Shown here: piece by piece, positions 39,111 to 50,634 of the stretch
Position numbering within the stretch: the stretch's first letter is position 1
Layout of the letters: each line of letters opens with the position of its first letter
Origin: Octopus bimaculoides
Lineage: Eukaryota
Assembly (NCBI RefSeq): GCF_001194135.2
Contig: NC_068987.1
Span: 12,903,096-12,967,095, forward strand
Direction: 5' to 3'
DNA length: 64,000 bases
The notes under the pieces: generated by a model
Databases searched by the model: none
Told to the model about the DNA's origin: nothing
What the model saw: only the letters and a program-made list of their open reading frames with translations
Made by a program: the position numbers and the translations under genes

Positions 39111-40090
39111 AAGTGTAGTTTTGAAATTGCTAAAATTTATTCAAGTTTCCGTGAGAATAAGACTATGGACATTATCCCCAAATCGGCGATCATACTTTAC
39201 AATTTCCGTAGATACAAAAATTCCATAAACTACGGTCGTCGTGCCGCTTGTGCGACATTAACGGTAGCTTTAGTTCAGCAAGTGATAATGAGAGAAAATG
39301 TTTCGTTTTGATTCTAGACTTCACAAAATGTTTCAATTCTCTTTACTCCTGAAATTTTATGGCCTGGAAACTTTGGTCTATGTAGTGTAGTAAACATGTC
39401 TCGACTTGTATTTCAACAAGTCTAGGTACAGCTCCTCCCACCTCAACCCTTTATGTTTTATCTTTCTATCAAATATTTTATTCATTTATTTATCATTTAT
39501 TCACTTTTGACCTCTCTGTGTTCTCATTGTTTAAATACCTTTCCTTAAAATAGCCATACGCGATTCACATTGATCATAAATTAGAAGTACATACATACAT
39601 ACATACATACATACATACATACATACATACATACATAAATACATACATGCATGCATGCATACATACATACGTATATAGCGTACATATATATACATATATA
39701 ACAGAAACGATTGAGACGGAAAATGGAATATAGGGGAAACTTTATTTTCTGTCTCTGTCGTTTCTGCTAAACTCAACGTACACCGAGGAATTCCTGCGGT
39801 AGATCCAGTGACTATTGTGCAATTACTGTGGATGACACCAGGTAGCCATAGACAGTGAACGTGCTTTGTCGGCATACTACTAGGAACATACCCAACATGT
39901 AAATTTAAATTTTAACTTACACACACACACACACACACAAACACACTCACACACATATGTAGTTGTAGAATAATTCAATGTAGAAGGATCCAATGTCTGC
40001 GAGACAGCTGCATACATACATACATACATACATACATACATACATGCATGCATGCATGTATGAATATATGCGTGCGAGTGTGTGTATGGG

Positions 40091-40122
<32 letters not shown>

Positions 40123-40831
40123 AGAGAGATAGGGAGAGAGAAAGAATAAGTGACAGACAAACTGACAGACAGAGTGACGGAGTGGTGGTGAGAGAAACGT
40201 AGATTAAAAATAAATCTGACGACATTTCCTAAATGACAATGTATTGATAGCAGGTATTCCTTATTGAATTCCATTAAGAAATCGAAACAAGTTTCAACTA
40301 TTTGATCGTTGTTACTCACAAGTAAATTATCCTCTCTGGCTGCATAGGCAGTATTGTTGTTGCTGTTTAAAAGCGTGAAGTATTTCTTTCTTTAAGATTT
40401 TTATTGATCCGGCTTTGCCACCCGCTGATTGTAGGCGTTTGGTATCATTGCTAATGAATAGGAGAAGTAAATCAAGCATCATGTCCACCACATAAAACGT
40501 GTAACGAGGGATGTTTAATATCCCACATTAATCGCATTCAGGATTAAACGGTTGTAAGAAACCACGAGTGAATCACTTTTCCTATCATACCAGCTGTTTA
40601 TCGGCGTTTATTGAGCTTACATCTTACATCAATTGCTGATGTAACGTCATAGACTAATTTAGAATACCGTATTTAATGTCATACAAGTCGCATTTTCATT
40701 TTTCAAAAGATGCCTCAGAAATATTACTAAGTTGTGTCTTATAGGCCTTAATGCACTAAAACTTTTTTCCCCTTGAATATGCGCTGCTGAAATTAGGGCG
40801 CGATTAATAAACCTTGGCGTATTTTATTTTT

Positions 40832-41041
40832 TTCTACTCTAGGCACAAGGCCCAAAATTTGTGGGGAGGCGCCAGGCGATTAGATCGTTCCCAGTACGCA
40901 ACCGGTACTTAATTTAGCGACCCCGAAAGGATGAAAGGTATAGTCAACCTTGGCGGAACTTGAACTCAGAAAGTAAAGACGGACGAAATGCCGCTAAGCG
41001 TTTTGCTCGGTGCGCTAACGACTCTGCCACCTCGCCACCTT
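40832..41041 (-). mobile_element. SINE A
   Basis: Full body match. Confidence 0.85.
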
Positions 41042-41649
41042 TCCCTGTGATATAAAGATGGTTACAAATATTTTTTTCTGCTCTAAACACAAGACTCGAA
41101 ATTTTTTTTATCTATCCATAGGTTCATAGAAATTGATTTACAGCAGAAAACTCACAAAATAATCAGATACCATGAATTGCATTTCGAAAAGTGATAATGT
41201 AACTCATCAATGTTGTAAAACAAAGAATTGTCAGGATAAAACATTAGAGTTAACGACTGTCAAACTTGATGCTTAATAAAATCGGACATTTTATTCTTAA
41301 TGACCTGATATATATATATATANNNNNNNNNNNNNNNNNNNNNNNNNNNNNNNNNNNNNNNNNNNNNNNNNNNNNNNNNNNNNNNNNNNNNNNNNNNNNN
41401 NNNNNNNNNNNNNNNNNNNNNNNNNNNNNNNNNNNNNNNNNNNNNNNNNNNNNNNNNNNNNNNNNNNNNNNNNNNNNNNNNNNNNNNNNNNNNNNNNNNN
41501 NNNNNNNNNNNNNNNNNNNNNNNNNNNNNNNNNNNNNNNNNNNNNATATATATCTCGCTCTTATATCTTTTGATTTTTGCACACCTTGCGAGAGAATTTG
41601 TTACACACAGAAACTGTGAGGAAACGCGTCATTTATATATTTGAAGGTC

Positions 41650-41852
41650 TGTGTATATCGTTGTGTTTGTCTATGTTCCCACCTACACTGCTTGGCAACC
41701 GACGTTAGTTTGTTTACATCCCTGTTATTTAGCAGTTCAAGCAAAGAGTTCAATAGAATCAGTACCACGCATAAAAATAAGTCTTGAGATCGATTTGTTT
41801 GACTAAACTCCTAGCATGGCCGCAGTCCAATGAAACAAGTGAAAGAGTATTA
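41650..41852 (+). mobile_element. Old SINE B 3' half
   Basis: ..GATCGATTTGTTTGACTAAA..AGCATGGCCGCAGTCCAATGAAACAAGTGAAAGAGTA. Confidence 0.75.
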
Positions 41853-42060
41853 AGCTAGTGTTTGGAACATAAATTAACATGAAATTTTAATACAAGATTT
41901 TACTTCAAAACAGGCTGTTTGCATCATAGAACTAGGGATGGTCCCAGACAATAAAATGACAATTAAACTAGAAACTGGCTTAGCTTCAATAACAAATAAT
42001 AGCAAAGACCAAGCAGAAGCTATTAACAACCTACTAATTGTCACGAAAGTTTGTTTATTA

Positions 42061-42265
42061 TTAGAATCGTTAGCACACCGGACAAAATGCTTAGCGGCAT
42101 TTCGTCCATCTTTATGTTCTGAGTTCAAATTCCATCGAGGACAACCATGCCTTTCATCCTTTCGGGGTCGATAAATTAAGCACCAGTTACGCAACTGGGG
42201 TCGATGCAATCGACTTAATCCCTTCCCCAAATTTGAGGCCTTGTGCTTCCAGTAGAAAGGATTAT
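42061..42265 (+). mobile_element. SINE A starting at AGAATCGTTAGC
   Basis: Lacks the first ~14 nt of the head. Confidence 0.85.
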
Positions 42266-42284
42266 TACCCCTTTCTTATTTTTT

Positions 42285-42545
42285 CTGACCAGGCTCCCGT
42301 GGTTTTATGGGTTTTTCCACGTGTAACCTTTCCTTTTTCGAAGCGCCTCCTCCTTTGGGAGTTCTACTTATTTATTTAGCTATTTATTTATCTATTTATT
42401 TATTATATCTTTCTCCGTTTTCTTCCTCTGTTTAGACGAACTTTCCTACCTTTTCGGACAAAACCTTTTGTAACCTTCGTCCTGTCTTTGTCCTTACATG
42501 TTTTTAATTGATATTAGCCCTTGTGGCCAATAAAACGAATTATTA
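42285..42545 (+). mobile_element. Pyrimidine-rich retroelement 3' UTR ending AATAAA-(ATT)n
   Basis: Its last ~65 nt resemble SINE A tail 2. No ORF is visible, so the clade is unassigned. Confidence 0.5.
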
Positions 42546-43120
42546 TTATTATTATTATTATTATTATCATTATTATTATTNNNNNNNNNNNNNNNNNNNN
42601 NNNNNNNNNNNNNNNNNNNNNNNNNNNNNNNNNNNNNNNNNNNNNNNNNNNNNNNNNNNNNNNNNNNNNNNNNNNNNNNNNNNNNNNNNNNNNNNNNNNN
42701 NNNNNNNNNNNNNNNNNNNNNNNNNNNNNNNNNNNNNNNNNNNNNNNNNNNNNNNNNNNNNNNNNNNNNNNNNNNNNNNNNNNNNNNNNNNNNNNNNNNN
42801 NNNNNNNNNNNNNNNNNNNNNNNNNNNNNNNNNNNNNNNNNNNNNNNNNNNNNNNNNNNNNNNNNNNNNNNNNNNNNNNNNNNNNNNNNNNNNNNNNNNN
42901 NNNNNNNNNNNNNNNNNNNNNNNNNNNNNNNNNNNNNNNNNNNNNNNNNNNNNNNNNNNNNNNNNNNNNNNNNNNNNNNNNNNNNNNNNNNNNNNNNNNN
43001 NNNNNNNNNNNNNNNNNNNNNNNNNNNNNNNNNNNNNNNNNNNNNNNNNNNNNNNNNNNNNNNNNNNNNNNNNNNNNNNNNNNNNNNNNNNNNNNNNNNN
43101 NNNNNNNNNNNNNNNNNNNN

Positions 43121-43425
43121 TGAGTGTTTATTGAGCGAAAACACCTAAATGCTCCACGAGGCTCCGGCAGGGGATGGTGGCGAACCCTGCTGTACTCTTC
43201 CACCACATCTTTCTCTCACTCTTTCTTCCTGTTTCTGTTGTGCCTGTAATTCAAAGGGTCAACCTTGTCACACTCTGTGTCACGCTGAATATCCCCAAGA
43301 ACTACGTTATGGGTACACGTGTCTGTGGAGTGCTCAGCCACTTGCACGTTCATTTCACGAGCAGGCTGTTCCGGTGATCGGATCAACTGGAACCCTCAAC
43401 GTCGTAAGCGACGGAGTGCCAACAG
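43121..43425 (+). mobile_element. SINE family E, young, 5' end lost in gap
   Basis: Appears >90% identical by eye to the reverse complement of 44940-45240. Tail GTCGTAAGCGACGGAGTGCCAACA. Confidence 0.9.
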
Positions 43426-43670
43426 GTACTACTCTCATGTATGTACGCACGCACGCACGTACGTACGCACGTATGTATGTATGGATGCATGGATGGATGG
43501 ATGTGTGTGTGTGTATTTATGTATGTATGTATGTATGTATGTGTATCTATATGTGTGTATGAGAGACAGAGGTGGAGTATCATACCAAATGTAAAAACAG
43601 CGTTGAAAGGCAGTTTACTGTGGTATTCATCCAGAGATAACATCTCTTATAGACGTGCTGGTATTAAAAA

Positions 43671-43705
<35 letters not shown>

Positions 43706-43710
<5 letters not shown>

Positions 43711-43795
43711 CAAAAACACAATAACAAAAAAACAAAAAAACAACAAAGTGAGGACGTGATATGGATAGTATTATTGGACGCTCAGGAAAGGAAAT
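43706..43795 (-). mobile_element. Fragment of the 62826-63030 element family between (TA)n tracts
   Basis: GTTCAAAAACACAATAACAAAAAAACAAAAAAACAACAAAGTGAGGACGTGAT..GGATAGTATTATTGGACGCTCAGGAAAGGAAA shared with 62828-62915. Confidence 0.65.
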
Positions 43796-43882
43796 ATATA
43801 TATATATATCGAAAGGAAAAGAAAATTGTCCCAGCTATTGAGAATAACAATTGTATTTCAGCTTCATTGGAATATATACATA

Positions 43883-43938
43883 TAAAGGCGGTGCTCCAGC
43901 ATGGCCGCAGTCAAATGAATGAAACAAGTAAAAGAGTA
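43883..43938 (+). mobile_element. SINE B terminal tail (5'-truncated)
   Basis: TAAAGGCGGTGCTCCAGCATGGCCGCAGTCAAATGAATGAAACAAGTAAAAGAGTA. Confidence 0.85.
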
Positions 43939-44501
43939 NNNNNNNNNNNNNNNNNNNNNNNNNNNNNNNNNNNNNNNNNNNNNNNNNNNNNNNNNNNNNN
44001 NNNNNNNNNNNNNNNNNNNNNNNNNNNNNNNNNNNNNNNNNNNNNNNNNNNNNNNNNNNNNNNNNNNNNNNNNNNNNNNNNNNNNNNNNNNNNNNNNNNN
44101 NNNNNNNNNNNNNNNNNNNNNNNNNNNNNNNNNNNNNNNNNNNNNNNNNNNNNNNNNNNNNNNNNNNNNNNNNNNNNNNNNNNNNNNNNNNNNNNNNNNN
44201 NNNNNNNNNNNNNNNNNNNNNNNNNNNNNNNNNNNNNNNNNNNNNNNNNNNNNNNNNNNNNNNNNNNNNNNNNNNNNNNNNNNNNNNNNNNNNNNNNNNN
44301 NNNNNNNNNNNNNNNNNNNNNNNNNNNNNNNNNNNNNNNNNNNNNNNNNNNNNNNNNNNNNNNNNNNNNNNNNNNNNNNNNNNNNNNNNNNNNNNNNNNN
44401 NNNNNNNNNNNNNNNNNNNNNNNNNNNNNNNNNNNNNNNNNNNNNNNNNNNNNNNNNNNNNNNNNNNNNNNNNNNNNNNNNNNNNNNNNNNNNNNNNNNN
44501 N

Positions 44502-44550
<49 letters not shown>

Positions 44551-44551
<1 letters not shown>

Positions 44552-44905
44552 TAGTTTTAGCTCAAGGGTTGTGGCCACGCTGGGGCTCCACACACGGGTG
44601 TTGTAACATCTTTAGTAATCCTGCTTTAAAAGCTAGCATTTGTTGAATGAGGGAATTTGGTGCAGCTTCCCTAAGTTCCCACTTCCTGCCGTAAAATGAG
44701 AAGGGCTCATCTGGAACACTTGACAATAGGAGATCCAGTCTGGTTTTGGAGATATATACCTCCACATCATGCAGGTCCCTCAGCACTTTCGGGGGCATAT
44801 TGAATAGCTGTGTGCCCTTGAATCCTAATCTATATTGCAGTATCTGGTCATATATTTTGACAGCAGGGGTTGAATTTTAGGCACTGTGCTATGGCGCTCT
44901 GTTTG
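44551..44905 (-). mobile_element. CR1/L2-group LINE 3' end (RT C-terminus plus 3' UTR)
   Basis: GFKGTQLFNMPPKVLRDLHDVEVYISKTRLDLLLSSVPDEP..REAAPNSLIQQ. 3' UTR GGAGCCCCAGCGTGGCCACA. Confidence 0.75.
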
Positions 44906-44935
44906 CCCTCTTCCTACATACATACATACATACAT

Positions 44936-45319
44936 TGTTGTTGGCACTCCGTCGCTTACGACGTCGAGGGTTCCAGTTGATCCGATCAACGGAACAGCCT
45001 GCTCGTGAAATTAACGTGCAAGTGGCTGAGCACTCCACAGACACGTGTACCCTTAACGTAGTTCTTGGGGATATTCAACGTAACACAGTGTGACAAGGCT
45101 GACCCTTTGAATTACAGGCACAACAGAAACAGGAAGTAAGAGTGAGAGAAAGTTGTGGTGAAAGAGTACAGCAGGGTTCGCCACCTTCCCCTGCCGGAGC
45201 CTCGTGGAGCTTTAAGTGTTTTTGTTCAATAAACACTCACAACACCCTGTCTGGGAATCGAAACCGCGATCCTATGACCGCGAGTCCGCTGCCCTAACCA
45301 CTGGGCCATTGCACCTCCA
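44936..45319 (-). mobile_element. SINE family E, full length, 17-bp TSD-like ACATACATACATACATT
   Basis: tRNA head GGAGGTGCAATGGCCCAGTGGTTAGGG..GGTTTCGATTCC, (CAA)n tail. Repeat at 44920-36 and 45321-37. Confidence 0.9.
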
Positions 45320-45889
45320 CACATACATACATACATTCATATTCTGTGAGTAAGGCTTGGATCATTTCTGGAAAGCAATTTATATTAACTGCAGCACAAC
45401 TTCACATTAGGATTTCCAACATGGCATCAAATATTTCCTTCAAGTGATGTGGATCCAACTATAAGGAATTTGTTGATTTTGTTCTTTGGTGGGTTTTTTC
45501 CCCTTTTTCTGTACATGCGCTACGGGATGTTTGAACCGATTAACCTAACTTTTTGTCACTCTTCTGCCAATAAATTATAATGTCATTAAAATATATCGCC
45601 GATTTCGCTGACAACTTCCAATTCAAATTGAGTTGGAAATTTGCCAATCAAATGACACATGAATGAAAGTAGCCCAGGGACGGTTTCTCAACGACATATG
45701 TCAAAACTGTATTGTGCTATTTCGGCTGCAAAAAATAACAATCCACCATTTTGGACTTGTATAAGCGGAAAATTAATTGCAAGAATTAATTACTGGAAAA
45801 TGTGGCAGTTGGATAGATGAAATATTTTAGTGTTCTCTGCATTCGTAACTCTGCGTGGATTATATGTCAGTCTGTTTGGAAATGTTCGT

Positions 45890-46129
45890 GTGTGTGTATG
45901 TATGTATATGCATAGGTATATACATATATATATATATAGATAGATAGACATAAATATACATATATATACATACAAGCTTATCTATATATGCACATATATA
46001 CAATATATGTGCATATATTCATGTATGTGTGTATATATATATGTATATACATATTTATATGCATATATATATATGCATATACATGCATAAATACATATAT
46101 ATATACATATATACATATATATCTGTGTA

Positions 46130-46174
<45 letters not shown>

Positions 46175-46236
46175 TTATTTATATATATATGAATGTATAG
46201 ATAATATATATGTACGTTTGTATGTTTATATGTGCG

Positions 46237-46323
<87 letters not shown>

Positions 46324-46375
46324 TGCGTGCATATCCGAGCATCTATGTGTGTGTGTGTGTATAAGAGAGAGAGAG
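45890..46375. repeat. Degenerate TA/CA/ATGT microsatellite field
   Basis: Read directly. Confidence 0.9.
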
Positions 46376-47196
46376 AAACCGAGGAAGAGAAAGAGAGTGA
46401 GGGAGGACAGCGAGCATAAGTGTTCGCCAGTCTGTAAATATGAACAAAATGTGTTTGTGTTCGCGAGAGGCAAGTTTTTGGATTCCTATGAAACAGTGGT
46501 TGAATATACGTGTTGGAAGATATGTATTATTAAGTTCTGTGCTTATAAATATTTGCCGTTGCCAGTTAAAAGTGAATATTTCCTGTTGCTATTTTCACAA
46601 ATAATCTGCTTTCATCTTGGAGTGCTAAAACATTCAGAACTCCGCTAATAAATTGCTTTTGTGAAAAAATGTACATTAGTCGGATTGGATAAAGTATACG
46701 AATAATATTATATGCAAGCGTTCGTTTAATAAGTGAAATGCAAATGGTCCATCAAAGAAAACCACTTACAGATCTAAAGGTACCCTAAACATTGTTTTAA
46801 ATGTCAATAGAATAAATAAGATAAAGAAATTACTACCTAACAAAAGAGACTTTAGATTTGCCTGTTATTTGTAGCAGGCTCTTCAATATGCTAGATATAG
46901 CTGTCAAATTTCTCTGAAATCACAGCCGTTTTTCTTTTTGTTTTGTTTTTTGTGTTTTTCTTCAAGAAAGGAAGGTCACTTTATAGTGCAGTTCCTGGAA
47001 AACCGTAAAATATTAGGATGGACACATTCGGAACTCTTTGCTTATAAGTGTGGTCCTGTTCGATCGGAGTTGGCTTCTGGCTAAAACAAAATGGAGTAAT
47101 AAGCAAGAGATTGACACTCCCCACCGACTCTTCTGTCCGATTTAGCTCCAAGCATAACTTTCTGAAAAATGCTCATCTTTCAATTCAAATTTTGCA

Positions 47197-47340
47197 GCCG
47201 TGTGGATTAAGCAGTTTGCTTCGTAACTAAGTGATTTTGGTTGCAGGCCCTCGGCGTGACAGCTTCAGCAAGTATCTTTTACTATGACCTTGGGTTAACC
47301 AATGGTTTGTGAGCGATATTTTGGTCGACGTAAACTGCCC
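47197..47340 (+). mobile_element. Old SINE B head
   Basis: GCCGTGTGGATTAAGCAGTTTGCTTC..GCAAGTATCTTTTACTATG..TTGTGAG. Confidence 0.55.
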
Positions 47341-47712
47341 GGAAATGCATCAGAGAAACTATTCCTATTCGTGGATGGTAGACTTAATCCAGTGTCTTTA
47401 GCAAAATCTACTTTGTTCTAAATATTAGGGTCAGCCTCCGGTTTTAGCATAGCTGCTCTTCCTCTTCAGACGAAGCCGTTACACACCAACACCTTCAACA
47501 TCACCAATAAAAACAGTTGTAAGAAATCAAATGTGAATGAAGAGACATAAGGAAAAATATATTATAAATACTGTTTATTTCAAATATGTATATTCACGTA
47601 ACAGCTTCTTTCTTTATAAGACACAGGCGCTTGCTACCCAGCTTTATTTTATAAACAACATTTGTGATATAATATGGAGGATTTTATAGATTCAAATATG
47701 TTACTACTAAAT

Positions 47713-47915
47713 TATCTTTTACTTGTTTTAGTTGTTTGACTGCGGTCATGCTGGAGCAAGGCCTTTGATTGAACAAATCTGCCCCAGGACTTATTCTTTG
47801 TAAGTCTAGTACTTATTCTATCGGTCACTTTTTGCCGAACCGCTAAGTTACGGGGACGTAGACACACCCCCAACATTGGTTGTCAAGCGATGGTGGGCGG
47901 GCAAACAGGCACAAA
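47713..47915 (-). mobile_element. SINE B 3' half
   Basis: Matches 22645-22874. Confidence 0.85.
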
Positions 47916-47984
47916 TAACAAATAGAGCCGGTTACAAATACTGCAAAGTACTTTGATGGTCCCACGATTCTGCTGGAATAATTG

Positions 47985-48620
47985 TTTCTAATACAGGCGC
48001 AAGAGCAGCTATTTTAAAAGGAAGTGGGGTTGTCAATTAGATCGACCCCAGCATTTCACGGGTACATTATTTTATTGACCCGGAAAGGATAACCCTGAAA
48101 GGATGACCTCGGCAGTAAATACCGCAAGGCATTTTGTCCGACACTATGACCAGTGATGATTTGAATCGAGAAGTATTGTAGGCGAATTAACCACTGTAAA
48201 CAAACGCCTGTCATATGTGTCACGCAGAATACCTCAATGTGGTCATTCGATCAGCTAAAAATGACAGCCAAATCTCCTTTAAATCATATCCTACCTTCTC
48301 AAAAAAGAAGGAAAGAAACATAGGTGTAAAGGATAATGTAGTCTTGAATGCATTAGCATGAAAGGAAAAAAACCCAGAATGATCAAAGATTAGACGCTTT
48401 TGATTATATGCTCATCCAATCAATACTGACCAGGGCCTAAATGTATATGTGAGGAGATAAGTCGATACCATCGACCTCAGGACTTGAATGGTACTTTATA
48501 TTTTAGTGACCCTGAGAAGAATGGAAGGCAAAGTTGAATTTGAACCCAGAATGGAATGAGCCGGAATACCGCTAGGTATTTTGGCCAACACTATAACGAT
48601 TCTGACAAGACACAGCCTTT
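47985..48620 (-). mobile_element. Two diverged SINE A copies (47985-48140, 48455-48620) around an F-type repeat (48225-48445)
   Basis: ATCGACCCC..GAAAGGAT motifs. F repeat GTGGTCATTCGA..ACAGCCAAATCTCC..TAATGTAGTC. Confidence 0.6.
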
Positions 48621-48842
48621 GACCAGGGGTTAAATAACCACAATATGTATTCAAATGAAACAATGAAATTGCCGAAATATATAATATGGGATGCTAACGA
48701 TTGGAATACTGTTCATTGAAGGTCTAATCCATCAGGGTAGCCTTGGGTTAAATAATAACATATAGTCGTAAAATTATTAAGAAACGAATCCAAGAAACGA
48801 ATATTAATTATTTTGATAAGGCAGATTGATAACACAGATATA

Positions 48843-49054
48843 CAGGGTGTCCACAAAGTCTGGGTACATGGTGATTAACACATACTTTAAGAAATTATTA
48901 TTCCTTATATTTAATTGTTTATGTTATGATTTTATTTACTCCATGTACCATCATGGGGATTAACACATTATTTAAGAAATTATTATTTCTTATATTTAAT
49001 TGTTTATATTATGATTTTATTTACTCCATGTACCCAGACATTGTGGACACCCTG
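48843..49054. mobile_element. Same Tc1/mariner MITE family, 212 bp, with an internal tandem duplication of about 85 bp
   Basis: Same TIRs and TA TSD as 36976-37102. The interior GATTAACACAT..TACTCCATGTAC occurs twice. Confidence 0.9.
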
Positions 49055-49602
49055 TATAGAAGAGAAATTAAGTTGTTTGATACTTGTGTCTCTTTTTCCT
49101 TTTTTTCTTTGTTTTTTTTTTTTTATGCCTTGTTGCAGGAACACACACATTGGGAATGCGAAATAAATATAACCAATATATCCAACAACATATATTACAA
49201 AATTACAGCGATTATTATAACAAAAAAGTTTTGCAGTTTTATAAATTATGACATCAGAATTATATTCTGATTTCAATTTCGTTAAAATATTTCTCTTTGT
49301 AAACAGAAAATATTGTTCAAAATGTGATCTCGTGGCAAACTTAGAAAAATTAGGCTGGTATCATATGCTGTATATTGTTTTGATTATGCATGTTTGCTTA
49401 ATATTGTTTGATTTGTTCAACATTTACACAAGATGTCTCTGTTGTGTATGCTATATGTAATATCTTATTCATGAGTATACAAAATGTTTGTAACTGATAG
49501 ATATATGGTTTGTCTTTTCCTTCTTTCTCACAGCAACGCGATATATTTTGTTTTATACGGGATTCATTAGGAATTATTTCACATTTGTGCATATATTCAT
49601 TT

Positions 49603-49830
49603 CTTTATTGTCCACAGAAGGCTAAACATAGAGGGGACAAACAAGGACAGACAAAAGGTTTAAGTCAATTGCATCGACCCCAGTACGTAACTGGTACTTA
49701 TTTAATCGACCCCGAAAGGAGATGAACAGTAAAGTCGACCTCGGCGGAATTTGAACTCGGAATGTAACGGCAGACGAAATATCGGTAAGTATTTCGCCCA
49801 GCGTGCTAACGATTCTGCCAGCTCACCGCC
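49603..49830 (-). mobile_element. SINE A (tail 2)
   Basis: Full body match. Confidence 0.9.
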
Positions 49831-50239
49831 CGTGAGTTGTGTATATATATATTAATAAATAAACATTGAGCAGAACAGCGTGTAATAGAAAAACCTAATA
49901 TAAATTTAAAGAAATTTAAACAGTTTTTCCAAAGCCTTCCACTGTAGAACCTGAAACACATATAAATAAATACATCTTCGTAAATACCAAATATATTTTA
50001 GGCATGTCTCAAATCAATAATAATCACCAAATGATTGCAAAAATGTCCATCTGGTTCTGTAGCTTAATTTGTCAGAACGGCCGTGCGTAGTAAACCGATG
50101 GGTGCATATACTCTAAAGAGTTTATGATGCATTTTGATAGGATCGTAGCACTTTGACCATATCATTTCACAGATCTTTAGGAAGGTAAAACAATTTTCAG
50201 TAAAAGATATCACAATTTTAACTGGTAAATGATTCTCAC

Positions 50240-50634
50240 TTTGTGTTTTGTATCATTGTTTGAAATTGTACCTTTATAAACACGTGCAATTTGCATTTTT
50301 TCAGCAAATTTCGTTGAGTGGTCTTCCGAATGAAATTGCATCATCATGTTTGGTGTAAAGTCCGTTGTCTGGTATTTGTCTTGTTCTGCAGGAAAATTGT
50401 TTCTACGATGAACAGAGGAAGTAGTAGAATCCGATTCGGAAATGTTTGAAGTATTAATACAATCTTTTTGTGTTGCTTCTGCATTATCAACGTTCGCGGT
50501 TGGTGTTTGTGCAGATCTAGACATTTCTGCATTTCTCACCTTTTCCAGCTTTCGGCGACAACTGCTACATTTCCTGGTTAATGGTAAAGGAAAATCGTTG
50601 TCTTCATCAATGTCAATAATCTGACGGAAACATG
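50240..50634 (-). CDS. Candidate internal or first coding exon of an unidentified host gene (about 131 codons, CFRQIIDIDEDNDFPLPLTRKCSSCRRKLEK...NDTKHK)
   Basis: Only long stop-free, non-repetitive ORF in the window (50210-50674). Pyrimidine-rich acceptor TTTGTTTTACTGTTTTACAG| at 50635 and donor AAA|GTGAGA at 50239 bound the open frame. No TE motif recognised. Confidence 0.55.

Noticed and set aside
40216-40240. CTGACGA followed by a CATTT/AAATG hairpin
   Set aside because: Followed by ACAA, not GAAA, with no stem I or III.
40320-40362. 43-nt minus-strand exon candidate
   Set aside because: Too short to distinguish from chance; the phase-0 frame contains a stop.
43441-44646. Longest ORF in the track (401 aa) and similar long ORFs
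   Set aside because: Made of microsatellite translation and N runs; not coding.
45250-45319. tRNA-like sequence with A and B boxes (also the other SINE heads)
   Set aside because: No acceptor stem and continuous with SINE bodies; not tRNA genes.
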